From Basidiobolus meristosporus CBS 931.73 (lineage: Eukaryota; Fungi; Basidiobolomycota): a DNA stretch of 64,000 bases. A model generated the notes under the pieces. The model saw nothing but the letters and a program-made list of their open reading frames with translations. It did not search any database and was not told the DNA's origin. Positions 35,499 through 46,378 of this stretch are shown piece after piece (within the stretch, counting starts at the first letter, position 1; each line of letters starts with the position of its first letter). The DNA is taken from NCBI GenBank assembly GCA_002104905.1, contig MCFE01000100.1, forward strand, positions 1-64,000, given 5' to 3'. A program made the position numbers and the translations under genes.

Positions 35499-36512
35499 TT
35501 ATTGGAAGCCATACTTCTTCTTGGTGAGCTTGATAATTAGCCCAGGAGCCAGGAGCTTCAGCCATTGAACCGCAAGGTACTTGAAGGGCAAGATGACCTC
35601 CCTTTCCCGGGCATCGGACGCCTCGATAACCCTTTGCGCGACTGCCTCTGGGCTCAATTTGCCCTTTTTCGATCCATGGACCGCTTCGGTACTTGAGGCC
35701 TGCTTCAAATCCACAGCGGACGAGCGTAGATCGGTGTCAATTGTACCAGGGCACACCAAGCATACGTGAACCCCATATTTCTCGACCTCCATGCTAAGTG
35801 AATCAAAGAAGCCGTTGAGCGCATGCTTGCTGGCCGAATACAAACTCCTGCTCGGAGCACCGGCCTTGCCGCCCATCGACGAGATCACCACAATATTACC
35901 CGACGATTTGATTCAAGGTGGGAAGAAGTATGGTGGTGGCCAAGACGGGTCCAGTGAAATTGATGTCCATGATCTTGCTTAATGACGAGGTGACATTCGC
36001 ACAAGCATCTTCTCCAGCCTTGGTAACCTCCTGGGTGACGTCATCGTAACCGATAAGCTCGACAAAGGGAAGAACAGATATAACACCGGAGCAAAGGACC
36101 AGCGTATCAATTCCGCCCAGCTTCTCAAGAGAGATGGCCTTCACCTTCTCGAGGTCATCTTTCAGTGTAACGTCTGCGACAACATACTCCACAGCGGAAG
36201 TGGTTCCGAGCGAGAGACACTCCTCCTTCACCTCCATCAGCTGCGCCTCCCGTCTGGCGCAGATAATCAGCCTAGCACCGCGCTTTGCATATTTCAGGGC
36301 TATTCAAAAACAGATAAATACGACATACCAGAAGCACTGCTCTGTAGTTTGAACCATGTACCTAACGACTTTCCAAGGCCAGAGGAAGCGCCAATGATAA
36401 CCACACGCTCCTCGTTGGGAGGAAGGCGTGGGCTGGGTGTGGCCCACAATCCTTTGGCCCAGGAGAACAGCACCACACTGCTTGCAAAACCAATTAGTGC
36501 TAGCAACGACAT
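35499..36512 (-). CDS. Classical short-chain dehydrogenase/reductase (DHRS7/11beta-HSD-like) with N-terminal membrane anchor
   Basis: IIGASSGLG, ARREAQL, GGIDTL, MDINFTG, ISSMGG, YSASKHAL (YxxxK), CPGTIDT; two introns. Confidence 0.92.
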
Positions 36513-37322
36513 CAGTCAAACACCCCACATCTGTTGCAGCATTGTATCCTTATATTCAAGAGTAATATCCGAGCTAACCAGCAGTAGTGGGATATCATTG
36601 GTTCACCTGTGATCACCAAATCCATGGAAAGAAATCATCGGTGAAATCATGTGAAATCAAGGTGAAATCGAACCAAATCAGCATAGATGCGCCTTCACAA
36701 TCGCTCGACTTGTTGGCTGTGGTGAACGATTTATATGCTCTCCAAAACGACCAGCGTCATTCGGAAGAGACCCAACGCCCCTGAATTGGCTACGAAAAGT
36801 GGCTTGCTATGAACCATGATGTATGTGTATGAACCAATCAGCTCCCAAGCCGGGTCACAAAACAAACATTCCATTGTTTCACATGATGATTGGAATTGGG
36901 TTGGAGAATAATGGCTAATCTACGGAATGATTTCCCCAAATCCGATGAGAATCCATGCGAAAAATTTTTTCCTTGCTTCTTTAAGGTTTCTATTATCAGG
37001 ATCGGGAATTGGCCGAGGATTTGTTTTGAGTGCTCCTGGACCGAAAACTTACTTGGATCAGAAATGCGATATTTTTATGGACGCTCCATGATTTGTACCC
37101 TGCGTTTTGCTTGACAGGTTTATTGTTTGCTCATTCTTTGAAATAGGCTACAGTAAAGTTGTGGTACTATAGTTTCCTGCACCTTAGGAGAACCCAATCC
37201 CCTTCCCAAAACTCTTTCTTTTGCCTTTGTCCAACCACAGGGCAGTAACACAACCTCTTCTAGCTACGAAAGTCTTCCTAGCGGCGTAATAATAGTTTGT
37301 TGACCGATAGATCTTCTACAAC

Positions 37323-39229
37323 ATGGCTACTCAGCAGTCCCTCTCTGAGGCATTACCATTTCAACAAGAAAAAGTCCCCGATTCCAAGCAGTCCACTGGT
37401 AAGGGAACACACACCACTTCTGCACACCTTGGAGGCTGATTCTTCAGGGGTTTTTCAGCAAGCCCCCTGCCGCCCTCCCTTTGGAATCCTACTAATCTAT
37501 TCTCCAACCAACAGACGCTTGGACTGAAGATCTCGCTCAGTATGAGAAAAAATTGGAGGAAATGAGGTCGGCCAATTTGGATCAAAGCTTTAAAGATGAG
37601 TTGAATGCCATTCAACAATGGTACAAGACGCTATCTGATGCGGAAAAAACTGCGGCCATGTACAGCTTGCTCCAGTTCTCGACTCCTGCTCAGATAAAGT
37701 TCTTCATCGTTGCTCTCCTACAGCTAGCCAACAAGGAGCCCCTGAAGCCGGCCTTGTCTCCGGAGCACATGGGAAAGAGTCAGTATTGCTTCTCGTTACA
37801 CGTTTTCCAACCACCTTGACTTACCATAGACTCACACCCTGTTGGATTCTAGTCGAAGAGACTTTGAAGAAGTTGACCTTATCCAACGATCAAGAAAAGT
37901 CCTCGATCAATAGAGCGTCAATGAACGCACCGAATATTCCTGTTGGCTCTGGAGCCACTGGTCGTTCTTCTAGACGTTTGTACGATCGTTATTCGATGCC
38001 AGCCGGCATCCCCGAAGAGGCAGCCGCATTCTTCAAATCCCTGGGGCAGCAAGAGGATCAGCCTGTAGGAAGCAGTGCCCTGCTCGATAACCCAGAGATC
38101 CAACCCCGCACCCAGCGCAACTCCGGTTACTATTCCGGCAGACCTCTTTCCTACCATGAAGCAGACTCAAGCTCTATTTTTGCTGCCAACTCCTCTTACG
38201 GAAATCTTGCACCAGCCAACAACACTTCTCGTGCGGTTGGTGGTAGATCCGGCCAAAGGCCCAGATCATTCTGTGGTATTGATGCTCTCGGAAGCTCTTG
38301 GTCAATCAACGAGACCCCCACCGATCGACCCGGATCTGCGATGAGTGAGTATGGCCCATTGAATGTTCCCAACTGGGGAACATCTATTTCTTCCTCTGTT
38401 TCGAGCTTCGGGGAACGTGGCAGAACGATCGAAAGGCCGAAATCCGCCGCCGATATTGATGCCAACGGCCTAGGCCTATTTCAGTGGCGACTGGCCAACT
38501 CCGAAAGGGATAGCTATGACAATGACTTCAAGAGAGGGATGCGTAGCAATGCCAACAACAGCGGGCTTACAATTAATGTTCCTGACGGCTATTCAATGTC
38601 CGGAGTCAACCGTGCCCCCGGCTCGGCTATAGGAAGATCCAACTACGAGAATGACTTGAGAACTCCCTTGTACTCTGATGGCGGCTTACAATCTCCTCTG
38701 CAGTCGCCCATGTTCCCCCCTAGCCATACATCTCGGCCAGCCTCCAGACCCGCTTCACCTGCGCCACCCGGACTATTCCCTACCTCCTGGGGACCAGAGG
38801 GAATGAAGCGATACATCCCTCAAGGACTCCACAACAAGCAATTTGCCAGTATGACGAGTGGATTTACCGACACAGATTACCGTAACGAAGCCCACGGCCA
38901 TAGTCGCCTTGTGAATAACCAACGCAGCGTCCTAAAAAAGGATAGCAAATCTCAAGAGGTGGTTGATTTGGAGCTGCTCAATGGTACGTTGTCCATCTAG
39001 TTGCGCATTGTTGTATGGCATACTGACCCGCAGTCCGACTCTAGATATCCCAGCATGGCTTCGAAGCCTTCGCTTACACAAATACACGCCGCTTTTCGAG
39101 GGAATGAAATGGCAGGATATCATCCAGCTAAATGACGAACAACTTACCCAGAAAGGAGTTGCAGCCTTGGGAGCGCGCAGGAAGATGCTCAAGGTATTCG
39201 ATGCAATCAAAGAAGAGACTGGTCTCTAG
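37323..39229 (+). CDS. VTS1: SAM-domain RNA-binding protein Vts1/Smaug
   Basis: N-terminal [26 protein letters not shown]-type domain; C-terminal [37 protein letters not shown] 37323, introns near 37399-37516, 37780-37852 and 38983-39043. Confidence 0.93.
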
Positions 39230-39610
39230 CTAGATTTTGATGCACCCTGAACAACACAACACGACTCAGATGCAGATTGAGCACCCTTTCCAAACCTTCC
39301 TAATCCACACTGTGAACCCTTTTTTGACTATCTCTATTACCATCCAGCCACCACCGCTGCTATAGCAAAGATAAATGCTGAGCATTCATATGATCTCTTC
39401 AACCTTCTGTGATCACTCTCACTCTTTCTGGATATTATTTTTTTTGTACCGTAGACTTCCACAAAGTCCGAGGGAAACCAAAAGGAATCCAATAAATTTC
39501 ATTCGCAACGTTCACCTGGAGCCTGCCAACTCTAACTACACCGTGCACACCCTTCCCTCCCTCCCCCCCTCTTCTCCCCCCGAACGTTCACGGGTCCTCG
39601 CGATACGAGG

Positions 39611-39629
39611 GGAAAAAAAATTTTTTTCC
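39611..39629. promoter_or_regulatory. RRPE-like near-palindrome upstream of RPB12
   Basis: GGAAAAAAAATTTTTTTCC, about 160 bp upstream of the ATG. Confidence 0.45.
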
Positions 39630-39789
39630 ACTTTTTCTTTTTTACCGGAATAGGGTGGAGACCGGACGTCACTCGATCTACCGTACATCATAGGAAGGAA
39701 TTTTCACCAAACAATCGGCCATCTCTATTTATCTAAACGTGAAGTTCGCTCCCTCCTTCCCCATCTCTTCCCCTCAGTCTGACCACACG

Positions 39790-39981
39790 ATGAACAACCA
39801 ACAGTACACCGGCGCCACCGGCATCACCGTCCAACCACCCAAGCCCATGCTCTACGTGTGCGCGGAGTGCGGTCACGACAACGAGATCAAACGTAAGGAG
39901 CCCATCCGTTGCCGCGATTGCGGACATCGTGTTCTCTACAAAAAGAGAACCACCAGAATGGTGCAGTTCGAAGCCCGTTAA
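39790..39981 (+). CDS. RPB12: RNA polymerases I/II/III shared subunit RPABC4
   Basis: 63 aa; [30 protein letters not shown]; intronless. Confidence 0.97.
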   Translation: MNNQQYTGATGITVQPPKPMLYVCAECGHDNEIKRKEPIRCRDCGHRVLYKKRTTRMVQFEAR

Positions 39982-40495
39982 GTCAACCCCGTGACGAAGG
40001 CTCACCCCCTCGCCACGACGCTACCAACGTCCCCTCTCCGTCTAACCGTATTACATATTCATCGCCCCTACACTCAAACTAGCCACCACCACCACCACCA
40101 CCGCCACTCCACTCCAATTAATCGTAGCCCGTGTCTTTACCATCGCACAGCTACCCACCGCCCCTTTCGCCGAACTCCATAACAATCAACCACCTTAGAA
40201 AAGACTTTGGAATATGGCCCTTTTTTTTCTAGATGTATACTGAATGAAATTTGTTTTACCATGTTGGATGTCGTCTCTCAGGCTTTCTTACGTTGAAAAT
40301 AAATTCACTTGTATCTACCACATCAAAGTCACCAAAGGTCCAGGTCACCCCCTTCTCATAAATATCATCACCGGCCCAACCAACCCACCAGGGCGTCCAG
40401 GGACAAATACGAACGTCGTAGGTCAAGTTTCACAAATTTATTTCGAATTTTGGGGTAAACACATGAGGTACACCAGGGAATGGTCACGAAATGGT

Positions 40496-41118
40496 TTAGA
40501 TGAAACCGATCTTGTTGGCAACGTCCAAAGCGTCAACATCAGCAGTAAGACGAACGTAGGCCTTCTTTTGGCCATCGGGACGAATGAGGGTGTTGATCTT
40601 GGCGGCATCGACGTCATACAAACGCTTGACGGCGTCACGGATTTGTCTCTTGTTAGCACGGACATCGCACAAGAAGACCAAGGTGTTGTTATCTTCGATC
40701 TTCTTGATGGCGGTCTCGGTGTTCAAAGGAGAACGGACGACCTCATATTGGTCCATACGAGGAGCGCTGGGGACAGATTTGCGAGGATAACGGGGGGCAC
40801 GAGCAAGACGGAGAGTCTTGGGGAGACGGAAAGTGGTGGAGGTACGGACCTTACGGGTGGTCTTGCCATTGACACCCTTCAAAGCAGCCTTCTTGGCGGC
40901 AAGAGCCTTGTTCTTCTCGGAAGCAACTAGAAGAAATCCTTCGTTAGTCCTGCGTTCCACTCGGGTTTTAGGGAGGAATGGATGGATGTAACGGTGGGAA
41001 TGAGGGATATACCGCGACCCACAACGACGCGGTGGGTATTCCCATGACCAGCACGCAACATCTGGAGAGATTGATCAACACCACTGCAAACAGGAACCAG
41101 CCTACCTTTAGGAGCCAT
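40496..41118 (-). CDS. RPL25: 60S ribosomal protein uL23 (L25/L23a)
   Basis: Exon 1 MAPK (41118-41106), intron 41105-40927, then [60 protein letters not shown]. Confidence 0.98.
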
Positions 41119-41394
41119 TTGAATTCAGATCGAACAAGAAGTACGTTTCGACCACAAAAAAGAAGAGGAAGAAAAATGGTATAGTACATCGAATTTCTTT
41201 TGTACCAGGACCTCATCAAACCGCTAGATGGAAAAAATTAATTTAGGGCATAGCCCTTTTTTTTACCCAATCCTGCATCCGGATCAGGTGGCCAGGTGGG
41301 ATTTTCGAGGGATTTTCTACGGATTCTCTGATTCCAACACATTGTTTACGTGCAATGAGATTTTTTTCCATCCGATTTTATTTATCTGCCGTTC

Positions 41395-43100
41395 ATGCAT
41401 TGGTTTCGTGGGATTCTCGCTCCAAAGCTGTGTTGAATTAACGTTAGTCAGTGACTTGCATGGTTCGGCCAGACTTAAGTGTTGTTACTGGTTGGCTGAC
41501 GTCTCATATGATTCCCTTTGCACTCGGCCTCTGGACAATACTGCTAAGCACCCATACAATGCGTTGAACGCAGGTGAAGCTTACCCAAAGCACTCAGCTT
41601 CTCAGATAGACCTTTATATTCGTCCTTTACGAAGCCAATTTCTAAACGTAGCCTCGTATTTTCTACCTCCAATGTTTGGATTCTTTGCTTGACCACCAGC
41701 TGTTAAGGTGGAGGCCAAGATATCCAGTAACACTATGAGCATCCACTTGAAATACACTTTATCAGATACCTACCAGCTCGATATCTATTTTTAAAAGAGC
41801 GCGTTATATCACTGCTACGTCATTCATGATTATGCTGAAGTGTACCATTGATATTTTGCCCATTTCTCCTGAGATTTACTTGGTTCCTGGGGTTGTCGGA
41901 GAGACCCATCGCGCTAAGGGTATCCAATCCCTTCAGACTGCTAGCAATTGTTGCGTTTGCGGCTGAAATCGATGTTGGCGCACGGATCTCCTGCCTGGTT
42001 TGTGGCGCAAGATCCTCGACATCTGGTGTTCGCGCCTCATCATTTGTTTCTGATATCACAAAATTTCGCCATTTCAACTCTTGAATATCGTTATATTGGT
42101 GGGTCTCACTCTTTCTGTTTGCAAATGTGCTGTCAACAATCGGAGAGGAGTATGGCCTGTCGCTTAGATTTAGAGCTTCGCGAGAGCAAGTCAATATCGG
42201 GCTGCTGTAAGGCGGGCTTTCTCTCTTCGCAATGCTGTGGTGATTTTCTGTCAAGAGGTTAGCATTTGATGGAGAGGAACATTGAAGTGACTGAGACCAG
42301 ATTTACCATGGTCCCTGGAAACTTGGCTTTCTTTAAGGAGATATGGGTGTCAAATTAATGGCATTGTGTTGTATTACCTTTTTCACTTTGATCATTAGTT
42401 AGGTTTAGCGAGGTTGCCAAATTTTAGGAATAAGAGAAGCTGAATCCTTACTTGGCCCTGTCCTCAAGGTTCCTACGATTCAATCTGGGTCTTGATACTT
42501 CAGTATACCATGTTAAGTCTAATGGCACATTCAATCATCACCAACTAAAGCGGACCAATTGACCAACCTGCTTCAACATTTATTGGCTGCTTTACCTAAC
42601 AAACATTACTCGTACGGGTTGACAAAATCCAAAATGATGTAAGGTATACATCGCCATGGCCGTGGTAGTGAGATTTTCGTTTCACTCGATTTGGCGGCGC
42701 TAGAATAAAATTGATTGCTCTTTTCCACCAAATCATAATCCAGGCTAACCTACCCTCCGAGTCCTGCAAACCAATCAAATCTATACTCTTAAGGTGTTTG
42801 TGCGCAGATTCTAGGGTGGATTCTGCCGGGAGTATCGTGGAGGCGCCTCTCTTGCTACCAGCCCTATCCAACATCCCACCCAAAGCACCGGCACTTGGTT
42901 GCGACATCAATTTGATACTTGCATCGGAGGAGTTGCTTAGCACCGCTCTCTTTTTCATGCGCAGCTTATGAAAGAAGTCTCTTTGCTTCTGCTTTTCGAA
43001 TTTGTTACGTAGCGAATGTCTAGTGAAGAAAGGAAGTTGATTGAAGTGGATGATGCACTGATTCTTTTCTTAATCACCTCTGACCACCGGTCCAGTTCAT
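41395..43100 (-). CDS. Multi-exon protein beginning MNWTGG, REDIC1/C12orf40-like N-terminus with C-terminal coiled coil; 3' end approximate
   Basis: ATG 43100, intron 43077-43020, spliced start MNWTGGQRHSLRNKFEKQKQRDFFHKLRMKKR; low-complexity middle; coiled-coil exon near 41697-41584 (QRIQTLEVENTRLRLE). Confidence 0.7.
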
Positions 43101-43481
43101 TTTGGGTTGGAGTTGGTCTTTTTTGGAACATTTCATCGATATTTATATGAGTTGGTGATTGATTGAATGCTATACGCATTCACTCAACATGCTATTTACT
43201 ATGGTGCTAGAATGGATGACAAGTGGCATCATCTCCGAGCTGATCAGAATTGCCGAGATAGTCTTGAAATGATCAGTGGGCTGCCAAAGGTAAATGATTG
43301 TGTACATTTTCATATCAAGCGGTAGCAGTAACCCGTTTCAATGTTGGGTAGGAGCAAGGTATGAGGCGAGTGAAAATATATGAGGCAAAATTGTGTTGAT
43401 AATTCAAAGATAAACCATACGTCGTTCGCAAAATCCACATAGCGAAAGTATAAAATCGATGCTTGAGATGAGCTAACTTCA

Positions 43482-45327
43482 ATGTGGAATTCGGATTTTA
43501 TTCAGCGGGTGAACCACTCTATACACTCTGGTTCTCAGCCCGGTAGTGAGGACCCTCCGCCGGGGACAACATCTCGCAAGGTGTATAGTGGTGATAGGTA
43601 ATAAAGACATACTATACCTTTGCCTGGAAGGTTGCTGAATCACTTCGATTAGGTTCATTCCTCGACGAGATTTCAATCTGACCAGTAGATATGAGTTGCT
43701 CCAAGACCCACCAGGACGGACAGCCGGATCCCATGGTTGTTCTCACCATACTTGGAATTGTTGAGGCGTGAGGAAACTAATGTGCTCCGGATACCACAGA
43801 TTACAGGTTTATCGAGGCCATTAGGTCCGAGCTTTTGGAAGGAACGAATGCTCAGCCCGCATCACGCGCCAACCCCATTGATAACCAAAAACTGTTCCAC
43901 TACGGAAAAAGAGATATAAGGAGGAAAAATGATCTTTTGGTTGACGCGTGCTACCCATGGACGCCAGTGGGACCTCGCACACTAGATCTGCTATCCAACA
44001 AACAAAAAAAAACTAGGCGCATTCATCCCAAGCCATATAGGGTGTTGGACACACCCGATCTAAAGGTAATCCTCAGACCAAGCAGTTCAATATGAACACG
44101 ATGACTCATGTCGTCCCGTTAGAACGATTTCTATTTGAGCTTAATAGATTGGTCGAGCCAGAATGTACTGTGTATTGGGCTCGGTGCATCTCTGTTCCTA
44201 TGGAATGGATATAATGGCAAGGTATTGCCCAAGAAATCATGGGCTGTTAGGATGATATCTCACTCACACCATATGCCCACTTAGACCACGAAGCTATGCG
44301 AGTTATCACAAGATTCGATATCCTCAGTCGCATGGGACCAGAAAGTAGTAGTTTCCATGATGACTGGGTTCTGAGGCTGAACACATCATTAACTTTCATC
44401 GAAGGGGACGCACTTGGCATTGGGGACTGATAATGGCTTAGTTCAGATATGGGATGTCGAACGGAGGAATATAGTACGCTGCATGACTGGCCACAGAGCT
44501 AGAACAGGTACTGTCTTTACATATGCATCGTGCACAAACGTCCATATAATGATCAAGAGTAGGGGCCATGTCCTGGTGCAATCATAGCCTAGCCACAGGG
44601 AGCAAAGACAGGTCCATTCTCCTAAGAGATCCCCGAAGTCAAAAGTCATACTACAGTATTCTCTCTGGGCACACCCAAGAGGTAAACGCGAAACGCGAAA
44701 CGCTCGAACCACACCCCCAATCCTTAATATTCTATTTAGGTATGCGGGCTGAAGTGGAATGCTGACGAAGAGCTATTGGCTAGTGGTGGCAATGACAATA
44801 GTGTCAGGATATGGGATGCTTCAGAGAATTACGCACTGCATGTATTTGAGCAGCATGTCGGCGCTGTGAAAGCATTGGATTGGAGCCCTCACAAATCCAA
44901 CTTGCTGGTCAGCGGTGGCGGAACATACGATAAAAAACTGAGGTTTTGGGATGTGGAGGCTGGGACACTGATTTCAGAGATAGATACAGGATCACAGGTG
45001 AGCGATTTCCAATGGCCGAATCAACATTGCTGGTTCTCATACGCGGGCTAGGTTTGCCAACTAAGATGGTCAAAGATCTCCGATGAAATCATCTCTACTC
45101 ACGGATATTCTGAATACGAGGTTGTGGTTTGGGACTATCAGTCCCGAAGCAGGTTGGCCACTCTGGCCGGTCACACCTCCAGAGTTCTCTACCTAGCCAT
45201 GTCCCCGGATGGGAGGTCGTTTGTTACTGGGGCAGGTGAAGGAGATGAGACCTTGCGCTTTTGGCACCTTGTTGCTCCTGCCAAGAAAACGAACAGTTCG
45301 CTCTCTCAGCTAAGCCTTATTCGATAG
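43482..45327 (+). CDS. APC/C co-activator WD40 protein, Cdh1/Fzr-like and divergent
   Basis: C-box DR|FIPRR split by an intron, RRIHPKPYRVLDTPDLK|NDFYLSLIDWS, GHTQEVCGLKW, LASGGNDN, AVKALDWSP, DTGSQV, GHTSRVLYLAMSPDG, DETLRFW, C-terminal IR tail. Confidence 0.93.
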
Positions 45328-45461
45328 TTTGGCAATAAACAATGGCACAATCAATGATGCTTGAAAGAACCAAGGCGTTTGTTTGGTAGAATCGAGGTGG
45401 TTGTATTTGAAAGGAATGATCGATCAAATCTCTTTGCTATGGAAAATGGATTTCCACCAAT

Positions 45462-46296
45462 TCACCATAAATACCTTCGGTTCAGGGCCAGATGCATCAA
45501 AGCATCCTCTTCTACAACCATGAGTCCAGTATCGTTTATCCTTATCAATTTCCTTCGTTTTTTGGCATTCACCGCGTGTCTATACACCATCCTGTGCTGT
45601 GTGTTCCTTAATAGTGAGATGTTTAGCATGATCGGAGTGGTAAGCCATCCATGTTGGTTTCTAGTTGTCACCTGATCCATAACCGGTTGCTCCATAGAAT
45701 AATGGGTTCTTTCAATTCGTCAACCGAGTGGTTCTCATACTACAAGCATTACTCGTACTGATGGCCGAATGTGGTTACCCTCAGAAGATCTTCGTTTACT
45801 TCCCTTACTTCGATGGAAACCACGGATTGGGATATATCGGTGGAATGCTGTACTGGTCTGTTGCGAGATGATTTCTCCTTGGTTTCCTTCTTGTTAACTC
45901 CAAGCTTCAGGATAGGAAACTCAATGCTGAGTCTATGCAAGGATCAAGCAACCCAGGATGTCAAAGAGGGCTGGACTCTCTTTGTCGAACTACCTGGTTG
46001 GTTCGTTCTCTCGGTGGGAATTGTATACGTGCTACTGGTAAGAGACATGGGGAGCTGTACGACGAGTTGCTACTAAAATTGCCATTTTGAAGGGATTTCG
46101 AGGTTCGAGCCTGAAAACATTGCGCAAACTAAGCTTCCGTCGGTCGAAAAAAGAAGCCAGTCCCTCCAACATAGTATGATCCCCTCTTCCTCTTCCTCTT
46201 CCCTTTCCCCCTCCCCCTCACCCACATCATCCTTCGTAAAATAAGACAATGAACTTCATTCATTGATGGTGATACACAATAAATCCTGATTGCCAT
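45462..46296 (-). CDS. Possible uncharacterised spliced gene with an acidic stretch; structure unresolved
   Basis: Protein-like segments in successive frames (DDVGEGEGEREEEEEEG; DHTMLEGLASFFDRRKL; HRLSIEFPILKL; HAVNAKKRRKL) with splice-like signals. No family recognised. Confidence 0.35.
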
Positions 46297-46378
46297 ATTT
46301 GTCCACGGATCATTTCTGATTAATGGGTACACCGGCGTATTCTTCTTTGTAGGGATTCCTTTGCTACTACTCGAAGCT

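Noticed and set aside
46095-46115. AGGTTCGAGCCT resembling a tRNA T-arm
   Set aside because: The stem does not extend to 5 bp, and there is no acceptor, D or anticodon arm. No tRNA was found in the window.
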